Shown: piece by piece, positions 1 to 14,169 of the stretch | Layout: every line of letters starts with the position of its first letter | Numbering within the stretch: position 1 is the first letter of the stretch | Source of the DNA: the human T2T-CHM13v2.0 reference genome, Homo sapiens | Length of the DNA: 64,000 nt | Direction: 5' to 3' (one strand) | Assembly: GCF_009914755.1 (NCBI RefSeq) | Contig: NC_060926.1 | Program-made: the position numbers and the translations under genes | The notes under the pieces: generated by a model | The model's input: only the letters and a program-made list of their open reading frames with translations | Told to the model about the DNA's origin: nothing | The model's database searches: none

Positions 1-3000
1 TCCCAAATAAATGTTGTTTTAAATGCAATATGATGTTAAAATTGTAGCAACGTATACAACTCAAACAAGAGAATATATTCAGGAACGGATATAATAACTT
101 GACCAAAATATAGTTTAACTCTTTTTATGTGTATGATTAAGATTCATAAAATGCTAGAAAAAACAATAATAATAAGATGTAAAAAGTAATTAATATGGAC
201 AAGTTCAAAGGACATCAGTGTAGACATTAACACTATACCTAGGTAAGACGGGTTTTCCCTGATCATCTTGAAGTGCCAGCTTCAGGATATGGCTGGCATT
301 TTTCTAGGGTTGTTTCTAAACACAACAATTTATTCATTTAGCAAGAGTTCCAATTATTTTACACTCAATGAAGTTACTGCTCTGGAGAAGTGTCTTTTAT
401 TTGCAGATTTTATAGATTTCTATGCGTTAGTAACCAATACCCCTAGATGCACCTGCAAATGGTTTCTTTATACTGTGGTTATAAACAAGACTGGATCATG
501 AAATGTTGGCACAATTTTTAGGATATTAACTTGAAAAATCATTCTGAACTTGCATAGGAATTTCAGGCTCCTGATATCCTCAATTCGAGTGATAAAATCT
601 AACTGCTTGGCCTGATCATTTTTAGTATGGTCCAGGCCAGCAATTTCCAAACCTTGGTTTTCTCACTCTGTAAGTTGTCTTCAGTTTTCTTACATGGCCT
701 TGAAAATATTTTTAAAAATAAGAACCAATCGACTAAACAAAAATATACTGATCAGTCATTAAGCAACTAGTATGTGTTTAGTATTGTATTAGGGCCAAAG
801 GGGAACCACTGCCCATGGTACCTGCATTTGGAGATTGTCATTTTGTTGAGAAGATGAGATAGAGACAAATAGTATGCAGAGGTTAAAGCAGGAGAATAGA
901 ATCCAAATTTAACTATAACACATCCTACCATCACACATTAAATGGGTGAGTGCCTGTGTATGTGTGTGTATATGTGCCATGGGGTTCTCTGAAATCAAAG
1001 GAACAACACTTGGGTATAAGTTACAGGTTGTTAATGCATAGTGATGTAAAAACATAGCTTGTATTTTTGTTCTTGCTCTGCTCTTAACCCAATCTGTATC
1101 CCATTTTTTTGAGAAAATTACTTAAAAGGGAGGCTTCTAAGGAAAACTGAAAGGAAGTGGATGGACGGCTTGGCCCATTCTCTGCGTCTCTCAGCAGCTG
1201 CCCACATGAGAGCGTCCAAGTAACCATCGCCTTTGCCGGGCTGCATTGTTCTGACCCTCTCGGACCAGTGTAGTTGTGCTAACTCAATTTATGAGATGCA
1301 GCAACATCTGGTGGCACTGGCATCCTTGTTCAGCGCCGATTGTCAATCCGTGTCACCAGATGAATGTGTACTAAGTGCCTGTTGGGGTGTGTGATAATAA
1401 AGCCTGCATTAGCAAATGTTGGGGGCAGGGTCAGGCGGGGGCATTCTCGAGCCCCCCATGCAGTGCAGCGGAGTGGGCAACAAAGGGGAGGTGGCAGGAT
1501 GCACAGAAGTGCTGATGCAGAAGGCCTGACACGCCGCAGGTGGTACGTGACATGTCGTGGCTTCTGGCTGTTGTTGGGTGTGATGATTGTCACAGACATG
1601 ATGGATGACTTTCAGATCTTTCCCATTATATCATATCTGTAAGAAATTCCCTCTTCCTCAAATGTCTTTTTGTTTCCCCACCCCTGAGCTGCAGATGGCA
1701 TCTGCCCACGCATTCCCATTGTGTGAAGCTCACAGAGAACCTCTCCATTCTTCTGGGATCCTGCTCATGGTTGAATTGCTAGCATTCAATTAAGACTTGA
1801 AATTATGGCTTTGGGCAGTTTAACCTCTTTTAACACAGTAATGGTAGCTACTCTGGACATTTAGGAATTTCCTGAGGTGTCCCCAATATATTTCATTAAG
1901 ATCTGAAAAGATAGAATCAGTAAATAAGATAAAGGCAATTGTTTTCTTTTACCTGCTTCAGAATTAAATTATTTTTACGAAGAAAAAATATTCTTTTTGT
2001 GAATAAAGCCATTTGCATACATACAAGAATTCCTAACAAAATGTGAAGTGATGTTTCAGTTGCAAAATGCAGCCTGACAATATAAGAATTCCTATTAGGT
2101 GTAGAGGTTAAATATACATGAATTGATAGCCAAAGCTATAGCTTCTCCTTTATCTTCTCCCATTAGCTTAATGACATAGATTTTACATGTCTGATTTATG
2201 AAGTAAATGTTTTTTTCTTCGGAAGAGCTGCAATGATGAGTAATGTGGAAAAGAGCAGATTGGTTATACACAGCCTTTCCTGCTCCTTTCTAATGATTGT
2301 TCCAAACATTATGCTCAAAGAGAACATAAGCTGCAGTTATAGATAAGCCAGTGAATGGGCACAGGGATTTTCTTCTGAATTATAGAAAATGCAATATGCC
2401 ATTCAGGTACTCCCAGTTCAACATATGCTCCATGATATTTGCAGCATGTAGGTGCTTTAAACTACTCAAATGAAACACTCCAAGCTAATGTTTAAACATT
2501 TATGGATTGAAGCAACACTAGTTATAGAGGGTAAAAGCCAGACAAATCCTTAGAAGTCTCGGATTAATTGTAAATAGTCAACCTCACACTCCAGGTTACA
2601 GAAAAATTGGGCTTAGAAGGTAGGATCAAGGCGCATACCTTGATGATTATCAACGGAATGTTGGAATTCCCAGGAAGGACTCCTTGTGTGCAGGTAAAGA
2701 ATTAAAAGACTCTTGGAATTAGAAGAATGAAAAGACTCTTGGAAAACTCAGTATCAGGAGGAACACTCAGTTAACAGAGAGATAAGAAAGCAACTAAAAA
2801 TAGGGGAGTTAGTGAAAAACAGAAAGGAATTAGGAAAAGCACCTGAGGAAAAGGAGAAAAGGAGTTATGGACCCAATAAACACAGGCCTCTGGGCCATTG
2901 ACTGAGAAGAGCTAATGGTTTTTGAAGGTTGACTTAGGGAAATGACAACCCTAATCTACACTGAGGCATGACAAGGGAAAACAATAATATCCAACACTTA

Positions 3001-3180
3001 TTAAGAGCTTACTATGTGCCAGACACTTTTCTAAGTGCTCTATAAGTATCCAACAACTTTTCAAAGAACAGATACCCAATCCATTAATTGTTTATAATAG
3101 TGTCTGTTCAAGTCTTCTATATACATGCATTCTTTCTGGGCATTCTCAACCTAGCAAGCCACATGAATCTCTGGGTCCCA

Positions 3181-3276
3181 TGCAGCAAACCACCATGGCA
3201 CATGTATACCTATGTAACAAACCTGCACGTTCAGCACATGTATCCCAGAACTTTAAGTAAAATAAAAAAAAAAAAA
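3181..3276 (+). mobile_element. L1PA 3'-terminal fragment (~100 bp) with poly(A)
   Basis: gcagcaaaccaccatggcacatgtatacctatgtaacaaacctgcacgtt...cccagaactt plus A-tail matches the primate L1 3' end. Confidence 0.9.
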
Positions 3277-4430
3277 TACGGATTCCTAAGACCCTCCCAC
3301 AGAGGTCTTGGGCTACAGAGCCTTTTCTTTTAATAAGCCATCCAGATAATTCTTTATGCTCAGGATATTTTGGAAAACACTGACTTAAGAAAAAATAAAA
3401 GGCTTCCAAGAATTTTTGCTTTATAGATCATACTGCCACATTCAGAAGTAAGCAGAGGAAAAAAAAATATATATATTAGGCAGTGTACACTCAATACATA
3501 TTTTGAATGACTGCATGACAACTTTGGATTATAGAATATTATTAAAGAAACGTAGCCTAAAGTTCCAGAGTAGTTTGACAATAGATAAGAGAAATTTTCA
3601 AGTAAAAGTAGTGCTTAACTTGTCTTAATTAGAATTCTTAGAAGTAAATAACTTACAATTAGTACATTGCATGTTACTAAATTATTCATGACTTACTGCA
3701 CAATAAATTTTGTCAAAGTGTGTGGACCAAGGATGGACTCTGTGGCCATGATACTGTCTGGTGCATTTCTTTCATTGGACTATAAACATCTGAAAGAGGA
3801 TATTGCCTTCTAATGGGATGCCCTATGAAACCACACAGGCAAAACTCAACAGCCTCCTTCTCTGTCAGTTCCTAATCATGCAGCATTCTGACCTCAACTA
3901 GCAGAACTCTATGAGTCAAAAAGACTCCAAAAGAGGACATTCTTTTTTGGAAATTTCTACCATAGCGAGTGTCTTGTTCAAAAAAGATATTTGAGCTTTC
4001 TGAGAAAATCGCCAGTCCGCCTTTGTGTTATAGCAGAAAATAGGCTACAAAGGTGGTTGAAATTACTTCTTCTTTTTTTTTTTTGTAAAAGCCATAATCT
4101 GTGAAAATCAAATAATTACCAAAGTAAAAATGCTATCTCTAGTAAGGATGGCTTTCAAAAAGTCCTCACACAAAGGAAAATGTGGGAGTCTGGGCTGCAG
4201 AGCTGCCAAGCCCTTTCTGGGCACCAGATCCCAATTCATGATAGGAATGCAGAAGAAAAGCGGTGTGGAGAACTACCTCATCACAACAAAAGGTTTGGGC
4301 TTAGGTCCAGTCACTAAATTATGAGTCCAAAAATCAAGCTGAATATTTATAAAACTTTGAATTTTTTTAACACATGAATTAGAGGCATCATAAGCATCAT
4401 TGCTATGAATGGATTATGAATATGTAGTAG

Positions 4431-4762
<332 letters not shown>

Positions 4763-4836
4763 AAGTAAACAAAAACTTCATATCTTTGTAAAAAACTGCT
4801 TCCATGAAATGAAAGAGTGAGTGGTGGGAAAATGGA

Positions 4837-5066
4837 AGGGATTCTCAACTTCAACACCGCTGACATTTTGGGTACAATAATTCTTTCTTGGAGGTAGCGG
4901 CTCTGTCCTCTGTGTTGCAGGATGTTGAGCAGCGTCTCTCATTTCTACTTAGTAGGTGCCAGCAGCGCTCCCTACCCAGTTGTGTCTATCAAAAATGTCT
5001 TCAGACACTGTCACAAGTCCTGTGGTGGGGCGTGGAGGGGAGGTTCACCTCGGGTTGAGAAACAGA
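4837..5066 (-). mobile_element. MER20 (hAT-Charlie MITE)
   Basis: agggattctcaac...gacattttggg...caaaaatgtcttcagaca...ggttgagaaac matches reverse MER20 with both termini. Confidence 0.8.
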
Positions 5067-7704
5067 ACCCCAGTGTTAGCATCACTTACAGGCACGCAAT
5101 TCCATTTTACCAGACCTATTTTACTGGTTTGTCAAGGAAATGGTCCAAAGGTGTTACTGATCAATGTTAGTAAAACACTGTCTTTTTTTGGCTATGGAAA
5201 AGTGTCCTTTTTTTTTTTCTTATACTGACATTTCTAAACTTTCAGAAAATACAAAGCAGGCTGCTCATTGTAATGTTAACATGAACAGATGGATTAGAGA
5301 AAAGAGTGTTTCCCTTAGAAACTCTAGAAGCTGAAGGAGGTGCAATCACTTCATCCGTAGTCCACGCTTATTTTTCCAATCAATATTACAAGGATATTGC
5401 CAGTGGGAGGTGGCTTCCTTCCTCTGGACAAATGTGTTTGTCTCAAAATGCTTAGGGCTAAGGAGGCACAAGCCCCAGTGTCACTCAGGGCTTGCTTACA
5501 ACATCCTGGGTTTATTTATAACATTTTCTATTCTCCTTCCACCTTATATTGTCTCTTGCAATATGTAAGATGTAGCAATAGTTTTCTTTTGCTTTCACAC
5601 TGCAATGGAAATTGCTGTGGTAAGGAATCCTGTGTCCTTGAATAGTGCTTTGTTTCATGCAAGTGAAGGCTGAATTTTGCTTTCAGGTGAAGTGAGTCTA
5701 GGAAATTAGCTCATTAAACATGTAAAGATCTTGGGTCAAGATAAAAGTCAGATAAGACTCAGGACCTAAAATGATATAAAAATACCACTTTCCATAATAA
5801 TACTACAATATAAGAAATAGTCTCAAGATGAATGTAAGTGCATTTGTTGGAGACATTACCCTCATAGAGATAGATTGCCCCAAATTTGTATTTTTTTTAA
5901 AAAACCCATTTGCAATGGTAATACCTGTATTCTAAGGGTAAAAATGTATGTGTATGTTAATGTAGATATTTAAGGCTAAATACCACGAGGAAGTGCATTG
6001 TTTAGGTTCCCCAAATGTTTTTTGCTTCAAAAACAAAATTCAGAAAATTTACTTTCAGAGTTGACATCTGATCAAACTTTACCTGAGTTATAAGTTTGTC
6101 TTCCCCTAGATGGCTACGTGAAATCATAGAGTATTAATTTACTATTCCTCCTCTTTCTGCAGAAATGAGCTTGCATTTCTGATCAGCACCTGTTCTCACA
6201 AGTTGTCTCTCTGTTTCTGTTTCCTGCTCACTCTCCCTCTCCTCCTTCCTGCATCCTGCTACTGTTGAGTGGGTAGAAGAGAGTTAGGTTCATTGACTTG
6301 AATGTGATGAAAGTTCTATAAGGTCAGAGGCAGAGGTACATTTTAAAAAGCCTGAATTACTTAAAATTAAGTACATGCAGTAAGGCACTATGAAAGAACA
6401 GGGTCTAAGAATCTCAAGAACTTTTTTTCCCAAGAAATCAGCAATCGTTATTTAGTGTAAAGCACTACTTAACATTCACTTCAATCAATGTCCCATCTCT
6501 AACGACTGCTTCTCTGAGTGGCATCCACCCAAGGCTCCAGTGATAAATATTTAATAAAAGAAACTCCCTCTACTTTTTTTTTTATTTCTCCCTTAAGCAT
6601 TAATTACTTCATTTTAACAAGCAAAGCTGCTCTCTCAAATGCTGCCTCAACATTTCACATTCTTGAAAACTGTCTCTGTACCAGGTTGATTTATAGAGGA
6701 AGATTTTGAAAAATTAAAAATTTGGGGATGGTTTTTTGGCAGGAAAAAAACATAAAAAGGTACTTAGCCCACAAAATGGCAGCATTCTGATATGCTTCTG
6801 TCTTTTGGATGTGGTAAGCATTGCCCCATATTTGGTAATTTCAGTGGGACGGCATAGAAATTTTGCTTACTGCTAAGGGGAAAATAAAGACATTTTACTT
6901 GCTCTGTGGAGGGTTTGATTTCCCAGATACTTTTTTTCCCCTCCTTTTATTCTTTTTCTTTTTTGGGTATAATTCTCTGTGCACCGAAGACATTCTGTTC
7001 TGGTGAGCTCTGCACTTCTTATTCATGGCAATTACATTCACATCTTTGATCTTGGATGAGATCTCTTGTGCATATTTTGTTCTATTTATGTCTTTGATCT
7101 GGTTTCTTGTGATTTTCTTAAGGTTGTGTTTTTATTTGAAAGACGTTCAGCCTACAATATTTAAAAAGGAAAAAAAGGTGACATTTAGTTTATCCATATG
7201 ACATTGTCTTTTTAGGCATATGGATAAATTAGACTGTCTTTATATTCCTCAGTTCCTTCTTCCAGTATACTGAGAGTTTGTTTTTAGCTGTCATAACAGT
7301 GGAAAATTCAACAATCAGATGGATTACAGCATGGTGGATCAAATTCAGCGCAATGGTTTTTAAATCGCATTATTACATTTGTCTTAAAAGAATCAAATCG
7401 GTCTTCCAATGAACTGGATAGTGATATAGTTATAAAATAGTAAGGGAGTAAGTTCATAGAGCTCCTGCTTATGGAAGGCTAAGTAGTCTAATTTTTGGTC
7501 ATTCCTATTATCATTTTATTTAGTATACTTTTTTTTATTTGTCTAACATATCATTTATACTCGGGTTTCAAGAATTCACCTTAAAGGTGACCTGTATTAC
7601 TAAGGGGAGATTAAATAATAACAGCTAGCGGTCGCTGTCGTGATGGCAAAGTGCTCTGAAGGAGGGGGCTGCATGGGACCTAGGAATGTACATGACAAAA
7701 ATCG

Positions 7705-7718
7705 GTCACCATGGCAAC
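7705..7718. promoter_or_regulatory. RFX X-box motif (gtcaccatggcaac)
   Basis: Matches GTYNCCATGGCAAC in unique CpG-containing sequence; motif only, function unshown. Confidence 0.4.
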
Positions 7719-8659
7719 ATTTGAGCAGTTGGAGACAGGGAGCTGAACTGAGCAACACAGAACCGCAGTGGCCTGATTGAAAAGAACTGCCTATAATTTA
7801 GCTTGACTGACTTCTTATGTAATATGTTTTTTTGTACTATGCAAATGGCTATAGAGATGTGAGAATCCAAAACAGTCTATAAATCCAGACTGCAATCACT
7901 AACGTAGACCTTTCTTTGAAGATGCAATTGGGAATTCCAGTGTGTAGCAAGCTAGAAGGTTCTCTGTCCTAATGATCTTAGACTGTGAGCATTATTTCAG
8001 GTGTTTCTGTATTAAGCCATGTCTATAAACAAGATTTTTGTATTTTAGAAGCCTATTTAGGCAACCACTACATATCATTTTGTAATAGCAAGAAAACCAA
8101 AATTAGAAGGCCTAGAAAGGTGGTAAAACTATAAGAAATTGGTAGTTGAACAGTTCCATGGTGAGCCTCATCATACAAAATATAATTCAATAAAGTTTTT
8201 CATTTCTTTTTTTTGTTTTTTGTTTGTTTTTTTGCTCCTTGAATTATCTGAATAATTGTCCTTAGTTTCTTTTTCAACTGGTTTGTATTACATACAGAAG
8301 GGAGCTCAAATGACTCTCTGAGCTGATAGACAAAGGCCAAGTGGCTTTTTTGTTTTATATTTGCGTAGTAGGACAGGAGGCCTCTAAGGAGAACTCGCTT
8401 CATGTGAATGAATAAGAACAACCAGAATATAACTTACTTAAAATGCCATAAGAACAACGATGCCTCAGCTAATAAATCTTCTAAACATTAAATCTCTTCC
8501 TAAGATTCAGTACTGTTGATCATGCAAGTACTTTATATATCATGTTGAGTAGAATTACAATGAATCATGTAGCTTAATGGCAATATCCCTGCTAAATTAT
8601 GCAGATGATAATAATAAGAAGAATAATAAAATTAGTAGTAACTATAGAAATGATTACAG

Positions 8660-8850
8660 CTGAAATTTACTGAGTACTATGTCTATTCCTCATTTTATCC
8701 TCACAAAATTGCTGCAAGATAGAAAAAAATCATTCTCCCTATTTGGCAGATAGAGGATCAGAGAGGCCAAGTAATTTGCCCAAGGTTGCACAGATAGTAA
8801 ATTATACAGCCCTGATTAGAACCTAGAGCCATCTGGCTCCAAAGCTTTGT
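8660..8850 (-). mobile_element. MIR
   Basis: atcctcacaa...agagaggccaagtaatttgcccaaggttgcacag...tctggctccaaagc, the MIR core in reverse. Confidence 0.75.
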
Positions 8851-9046
8851 TTTCATAAGCATGTTTTTTTCTGGCTTTGTGTACTCAGATAACTTTTTAA
8901 ATAAGACTTTTCTTCTCTACTTGTATGACCAACACTTTCGTCTGCCCAAGTCATCTCTTATCAATCCATTGCAGCCTTTTCTTGCTAAGTCTCAGCTTCC
9001 AGCCACACACAGACACTGGAAACTTACTTGAGCTAAAACTCATTAA

Positions 9047-9428
<382 letters not shown>

Positions 9429-9635
9429 TACCTTTCCTTCTATTTTATTTGGCTATAATAGATTAGGAAGGAGAATTCATCTTTCTTTGAGTCTTGAATG
9501 TCCTCATTCGTGAAGCATACGTGTGTGTTGCTATCATGAAAGGATCAGGCAGCAAAAGGGAGCCACTGGCCAGGATTTACTAGAACCCAGAAGTTACTTA
9601 GGCTGGAAGAGCTACCTGGCACAATGATTCAGGAA

Positions 9636-10260
9636 GTTTCTCTTCTCTTTTGTGTCTGGCTTCCGTTGCTCAGCACTCCACTTTTGAGATTCATCTATAT
9701 TGTTTTGTGTGGCTGTGTCGTTTCTATACAGTATTCCATTGTATGAACATTGCACAATCTATTCACCTACTCTATTACTGGTGGACATTTGGATGTTCTC
9801 AGTTAGAGTCAGTATGAATAATGCTGTTTAAAACATTCTAGTGTATGCCTTTCAGGAAATATAGGCATACATTTGTTTAGGTGTCACAACTGGTAGGGCA
9901 GACGATCTGCATATAATCAGCTCTTGGCAGTAGACAGTGCCAAAGAGTTTTCAAACATGATTATACAATTTACCTTCCCACCAGCAAAGAGTGTAGGAAA
10001 ACTCCAATCACTTCACATCTGTGACAACACTTGGTGTTGTCAGTGGTTTTGATTTTAGCCATCCTGGGGGTTTTGGGGTTGTATTGTGGTCATGTGATAA
10101 CGAATGAGATTGTGTACCTTTTCCTATGTTTCAGTTTCATGTAGATATTTTGTGTGTGTGAAGGGCCTTTTTAAGTATCTTGCCCATTTTTCTATTTGAT
10201 CATCTGACTTTCCCTTTATTTGTAAAAAAGCGTTGATTTTAAGTGATAAATCAGTGCATT
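9636..10260 (-). mobile_element. Old L1M (L1ME-like) fragment
   Basis: tgtgtctggctt...ttgagattcatc...gtattccattgtatgaa...ggacatttgg...cccaccagca, typical antisense L1M 3' region. Confidence 0.8.
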
Positions 10261-10350
10261 GATAAATGATATATATAGGAAATGTTTCATGCTTTTTCTT
10301 TTTTATCCTGTCCAGATTCTTATCTATTTTTTTTTATTTCACAGCACTCG

Positions 10351-10785
10351 AGTATTAGTTAAGAAACAATCTAGTCTGCTATAATAAGAAACTCACAATG
10401 CAATGACTTAAACAAGGAAGAAATTCATGTCATTCTCATGTAACAATCTAAGGAGCCTGGATATCTAGAAGCTCAGCTATGCTGGGACTGAGGCTCCTTC
10501 CTTCTCAATATCTGAAATTCTGAAGGCAATACTCTTGTCCTAAAGGTAGGTCATCACCATTTCTGCATTCAGACTCGGGGGTAAGAGGAAAGAAGGGAGG
10601 GGCATGCTTTTTTTGTTCATGGATATGACTTGAAAGTTGTACACTTCTGCTCACTTGCCAGTAGCTAAATCCTAGTCTTACTGCTGAGCCTCTATTAGTG
10701 AGGTTCAGGGAAACAGCAAGGGGAGCAAGGACTGGGTTGAAGAGGGAGGCTGGGAAATATGCTGTTAATTTGGTGCCCATTTTAC
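10351..10785 (-). mobile_element. Old MLT1-family LTR (degenerate)
   Basis: tattagtt...ctgctataata...aatgacttaaacaag...ggaggctgggaaatatg, the MLT1 layout. Confidence 0.55.
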
Positions 10786-10897
10786 TTAGCTAAGTCTTCT
10801 GTTACAGTGGAAGAAGGGAAGAAAAAATTGCCGATGGATTACACTCCACACCCCAATTGTCAGATTTCTACACCCTGAATTTATTTCCCCCCACCAC

Positions 10898-11051
10898 TTA
10901 TTTATTTATTTGTTTTGAGATGAGGGTCTCACTCTGTCACCCAGGCTGGTGTGCAGCGACTGTAGCCTCAAACTCCTGGGCTTAAGCAACCCTCCCACCT
11001 CAGTCTTCCAAGTAGCTGGGATTACAGGCGTGCACAGCCACGCCTGACTAA
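10898..11051 (-). mobile_element. Alu monomer (FRAM or AluJ arm)
   Basis: Single antisense Alu arm with (TTTA)n tail. Confidence 0.85.
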
Positions 11052-11312
11052 ACTCTGAATTTAGAGATTAGAAAGATTTCTCAAGTAGGTACCTCCCATG
11101 TATTTCTGTTAGATTACAAAACTGGTGTCTGAAAAATATTTGAAACCCCTTCTACATAGCAATCTCCAACAGGGATGGCATTTCAAAAGTTTCTTTTTCT
11201 CTAATGAATTAAGAGGTTGCAAAAGATTTTCACATGAAAACAAAGGCAGGCATAGTTAAATTGCCAATGAGGGTCATCTTATTTATACACCAGTGACAAG
11301 GTTTAGGGATAT

Positions 11313-11672
11313 TGTGTTATTTTTTTAGAGCTTCTGTAACAAATATCACATACTATGTGGCCTAGACCACAGAAATTTATATTCTCACAATTCTGGAGGT
11401 GTCAGGAAGGTTGGTTTCTTCAGAGGTCTCTCTCCCTGATTTCTAAGTGGTTGCTTTCCCCCTGTAAACTTCACATGGTCTTCCCTCTTTGTGTGCCTGT
11501 GTCATATAAGAACACAAGACATATTGGATTATGACTCACTCTAGTGACCTCCTTTTAACTTAATTACCACTTTAATGACCCTATCTCCAAATACAGTCAC
11601 ATTATGAGGTACTGGGGATTAGGATTTCAGCATATGAATTTAGGGCAAGGGAGGAGGACATAATTCAGACGT
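11313..11672 (-). mobile_element. MLT1B/C-like solo LTR
   Basis: ctgtaacaaatatcaca...cagaaatttatattctcacaattctggagg...ccctatctccaaatacagtcacatt...gaggtactgggg. Confidence 0.8.
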
Positions 11673-14169
11673 AGAAGGCAGATTAGTTGACTGTACTGGT
11701 GTAAGTTTCTACACGAATGAGCCTTGAATGAAGAAAAAGGAAGTTTGGTGAGAAATTTCAGCATAGCAGTTTTCACCTGGGACATTTATTCTTGACAATT
11801 TTGAGGGTTTCCCACAGTTGTGAAGGTTTTTCCTTTCCTTGTGAAGTTGAGGTGTGACTGTAAGGGATTATTCTCCCTTCCCCCACTCCCACCTATTCAT
11901 GAAGGGTGTTTCTATGTATGGTACTGCATGTTCCACTCTCCAAGCACAACACGTTCTTGTGGGGAAGTACACCGCCAATGCCAAGGTCAATACCAGGAAG
12001 ATGCACGCCCGTTGCTGCAGGCCCGTGAGTGAGAGCAGAGGTTTTTTTTTTTTCTTTCTTTTTTTGAGATGCCAGTCAGCCGGCTCCGTGTTGGTTGTCA
12101 GCTTGAAGCTGCTGGTGGGGTTTCCTACGGCTAGACAAAGAAGATCCTGGGCTTGGAATTAGGGCTTTTTATGCTGTGAGTATAGAAACCAGGATAGGAA
12201 CTCTGGAGTGAGGAGTGTCCTATGAGGGCACGATGAGGCACTGGGACCAGCGCAGGGAAACAGCAAGAGAGCAGGCAATGGGATGAGGAGAAGCTGCAGT
12301 ACTGGGGAGGGAGGGCTGGGATGGAGGGACGGGCTCATGGAAACAGGACAGGCTGTGGCCCTCCCTGGCCTTTGTCATTTGGACTCACCTCTCCAGCCAT
12401 CACTGACAAATTGATAAGGAGGGTATTTGGTCAGTGGAGGGAATATAAGAACCGGGAAAGAAAGAAGGAAAGAGAATTGTGAGGTCTGTAGCAGCTGGAG
12501 GAAAAGGAGCTGCTATTGTAGCAGGGAAAACTGTTGAGTTTCTGTAGCCATGCGGCAGGGGCTGCGACCCCAGCTATACCGGAGTGGATGTTTTAGTCCC
12601 ACCCTGGCCATAGTACACTCACAGAATCTCTTAATTGTTTATACTTTTGTGTTTTGTTTTGTTTTTCACCAGGAACCATGGTAATATGGCTATTTTTTTC
12701 TCCAATTGAAAAATAAATACCTGAATCATAAATAACAGGTGAATTAGTTGAATTACGTTGCAATTTATTTAGAAATTATGAGATAAGAAGCTGTTTCTGG
12801 AAATTCTACATCTTATGTTTAAATCTGGAAAAGTACATACTTTCATTTGGTATAAAAATAAAAAGTTACAAAATTGGATGATAAGTTTCCCTGTGAATAT
12901 TTGGTGCATACTGGATGTTACAAAAAAAGACCGTGAAATCACAGAGATATAAAAGTCTTTGAGTTCCTTCTGTGCACACACCTTTCTTCGAATCTGCATC
13001 TCTCTGTATACTTATTGCATATGTTGTCAAAACAGGTCCTGTGCACCTGGACCACACCCCTACTAGAGCCATCACATGTGTTTGGTAATGACGTAGTTCT
13101 AGAAAAATAACTAAGCCATGGCCATATTTCTCTCTTGTTTCCTCATTTCCACTGTGTGTCAACATCTCTGCACTGAACACTTACTGGGGGAAAAACATCA
13201 TGCTAGCTACTGTGAGGTTTTACTTGGTCTGAAGAAATGCTCTTTTGCCCTTCAGCAATTTAGGAACTAAGTGGGGTGACAGTCATCCTAACTCCCAGCC
13301 CATATGTCAGGAGAGAGGACTGTCATATGGCTATATAATGATGATCACTCTGAAGAGGTTCTCTCCTTGGTAATCACAGAGCGCTGTGACTTGTTCAGAC
13401 TCTACATATATTAGATTTGCTGTCTGGAAGATCTGTGCCATCTGGGACCTAGTGGACACAGGCCAAGAGGACCACCCATAGTTCAGCTCCTGTGGTTTTT
13501 CAGGCAGCTGGACAGCAATGCCGCACGGGCTTCAGGAGTCCATTGTAACAAGGGTCTTAATGCAGATGAAGTTTGAGATGGGAGAAGACTTTCTATTTAA
13601 TTAGAAAAGACATCAGAGGGAAGGTGAGATGAAGCAGGTGGAACAGGAGGCACAATAGGAGTGGGTGGGGAAGAAGCACCCTTTTATAAACTAGCCTTTA
13701 TTTGTGCATATTTACAATGTGGAGTCATGAGAAAAAGAAAGTGAGTGATCGTGAGTCTGTTTCTTGCTCATATGTTTTGGAACTCATTCATTCTGGAAAT
13801 ACTCATGGAGTGCTTGACGTGTATCAGTCAGGGACTGACATCCTGGGAAGACAACAATTAAGAAAACAAATTTCCAGCTTTTGTGCAGTTTATATGCTAA
13901 TGGAGACAGCTATAATGCAAGAAAAATACATAGGTATGGCATATATTATCTTAGAAGGTGATGTGCTATGGGAAAAGAATAAAGTAAGTTTAAGAGGATG
14001 GAGGGTTATGAGGAAGTGCGACATTTGGAATGGACATTTGAGCAGAGGCTTGAAAGAAACAAGTGCCATAGGCCGTGGGTATCACGAGGCAGAAGAAACA
14101 GGAAGTGCAAAGGCTCTGAGGCGGCAGAAGGAGGGCAGTGAGAGAGGAGGCCAGCAGGCCTGGAGCACA

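Noticed and set aside
1330-1642. Overlapping 89-aa and 92-aa ORFs
   Set aside because: No recognisable domain and no convincing splice context; expected in a GC-richer patch
2794-2803. Perfect MEF2 site ctaaaaatag
   Set aside because: A single AT-rich 10-mer with no supporting context; likely chance
5676-5697. ttttgctttcag|GTGAA|gtgagt micro-exon or recursive splice site look-alike
   Set aside because: Short pyrimidine tract, 5-nt frameshifting exon, no other support
7287-7362. Possible terminal coding exon (CHNSGKFNNQMDYSMVDQIQRNGF*)
   Set aside because: Peptide not recognised and no partner exons found
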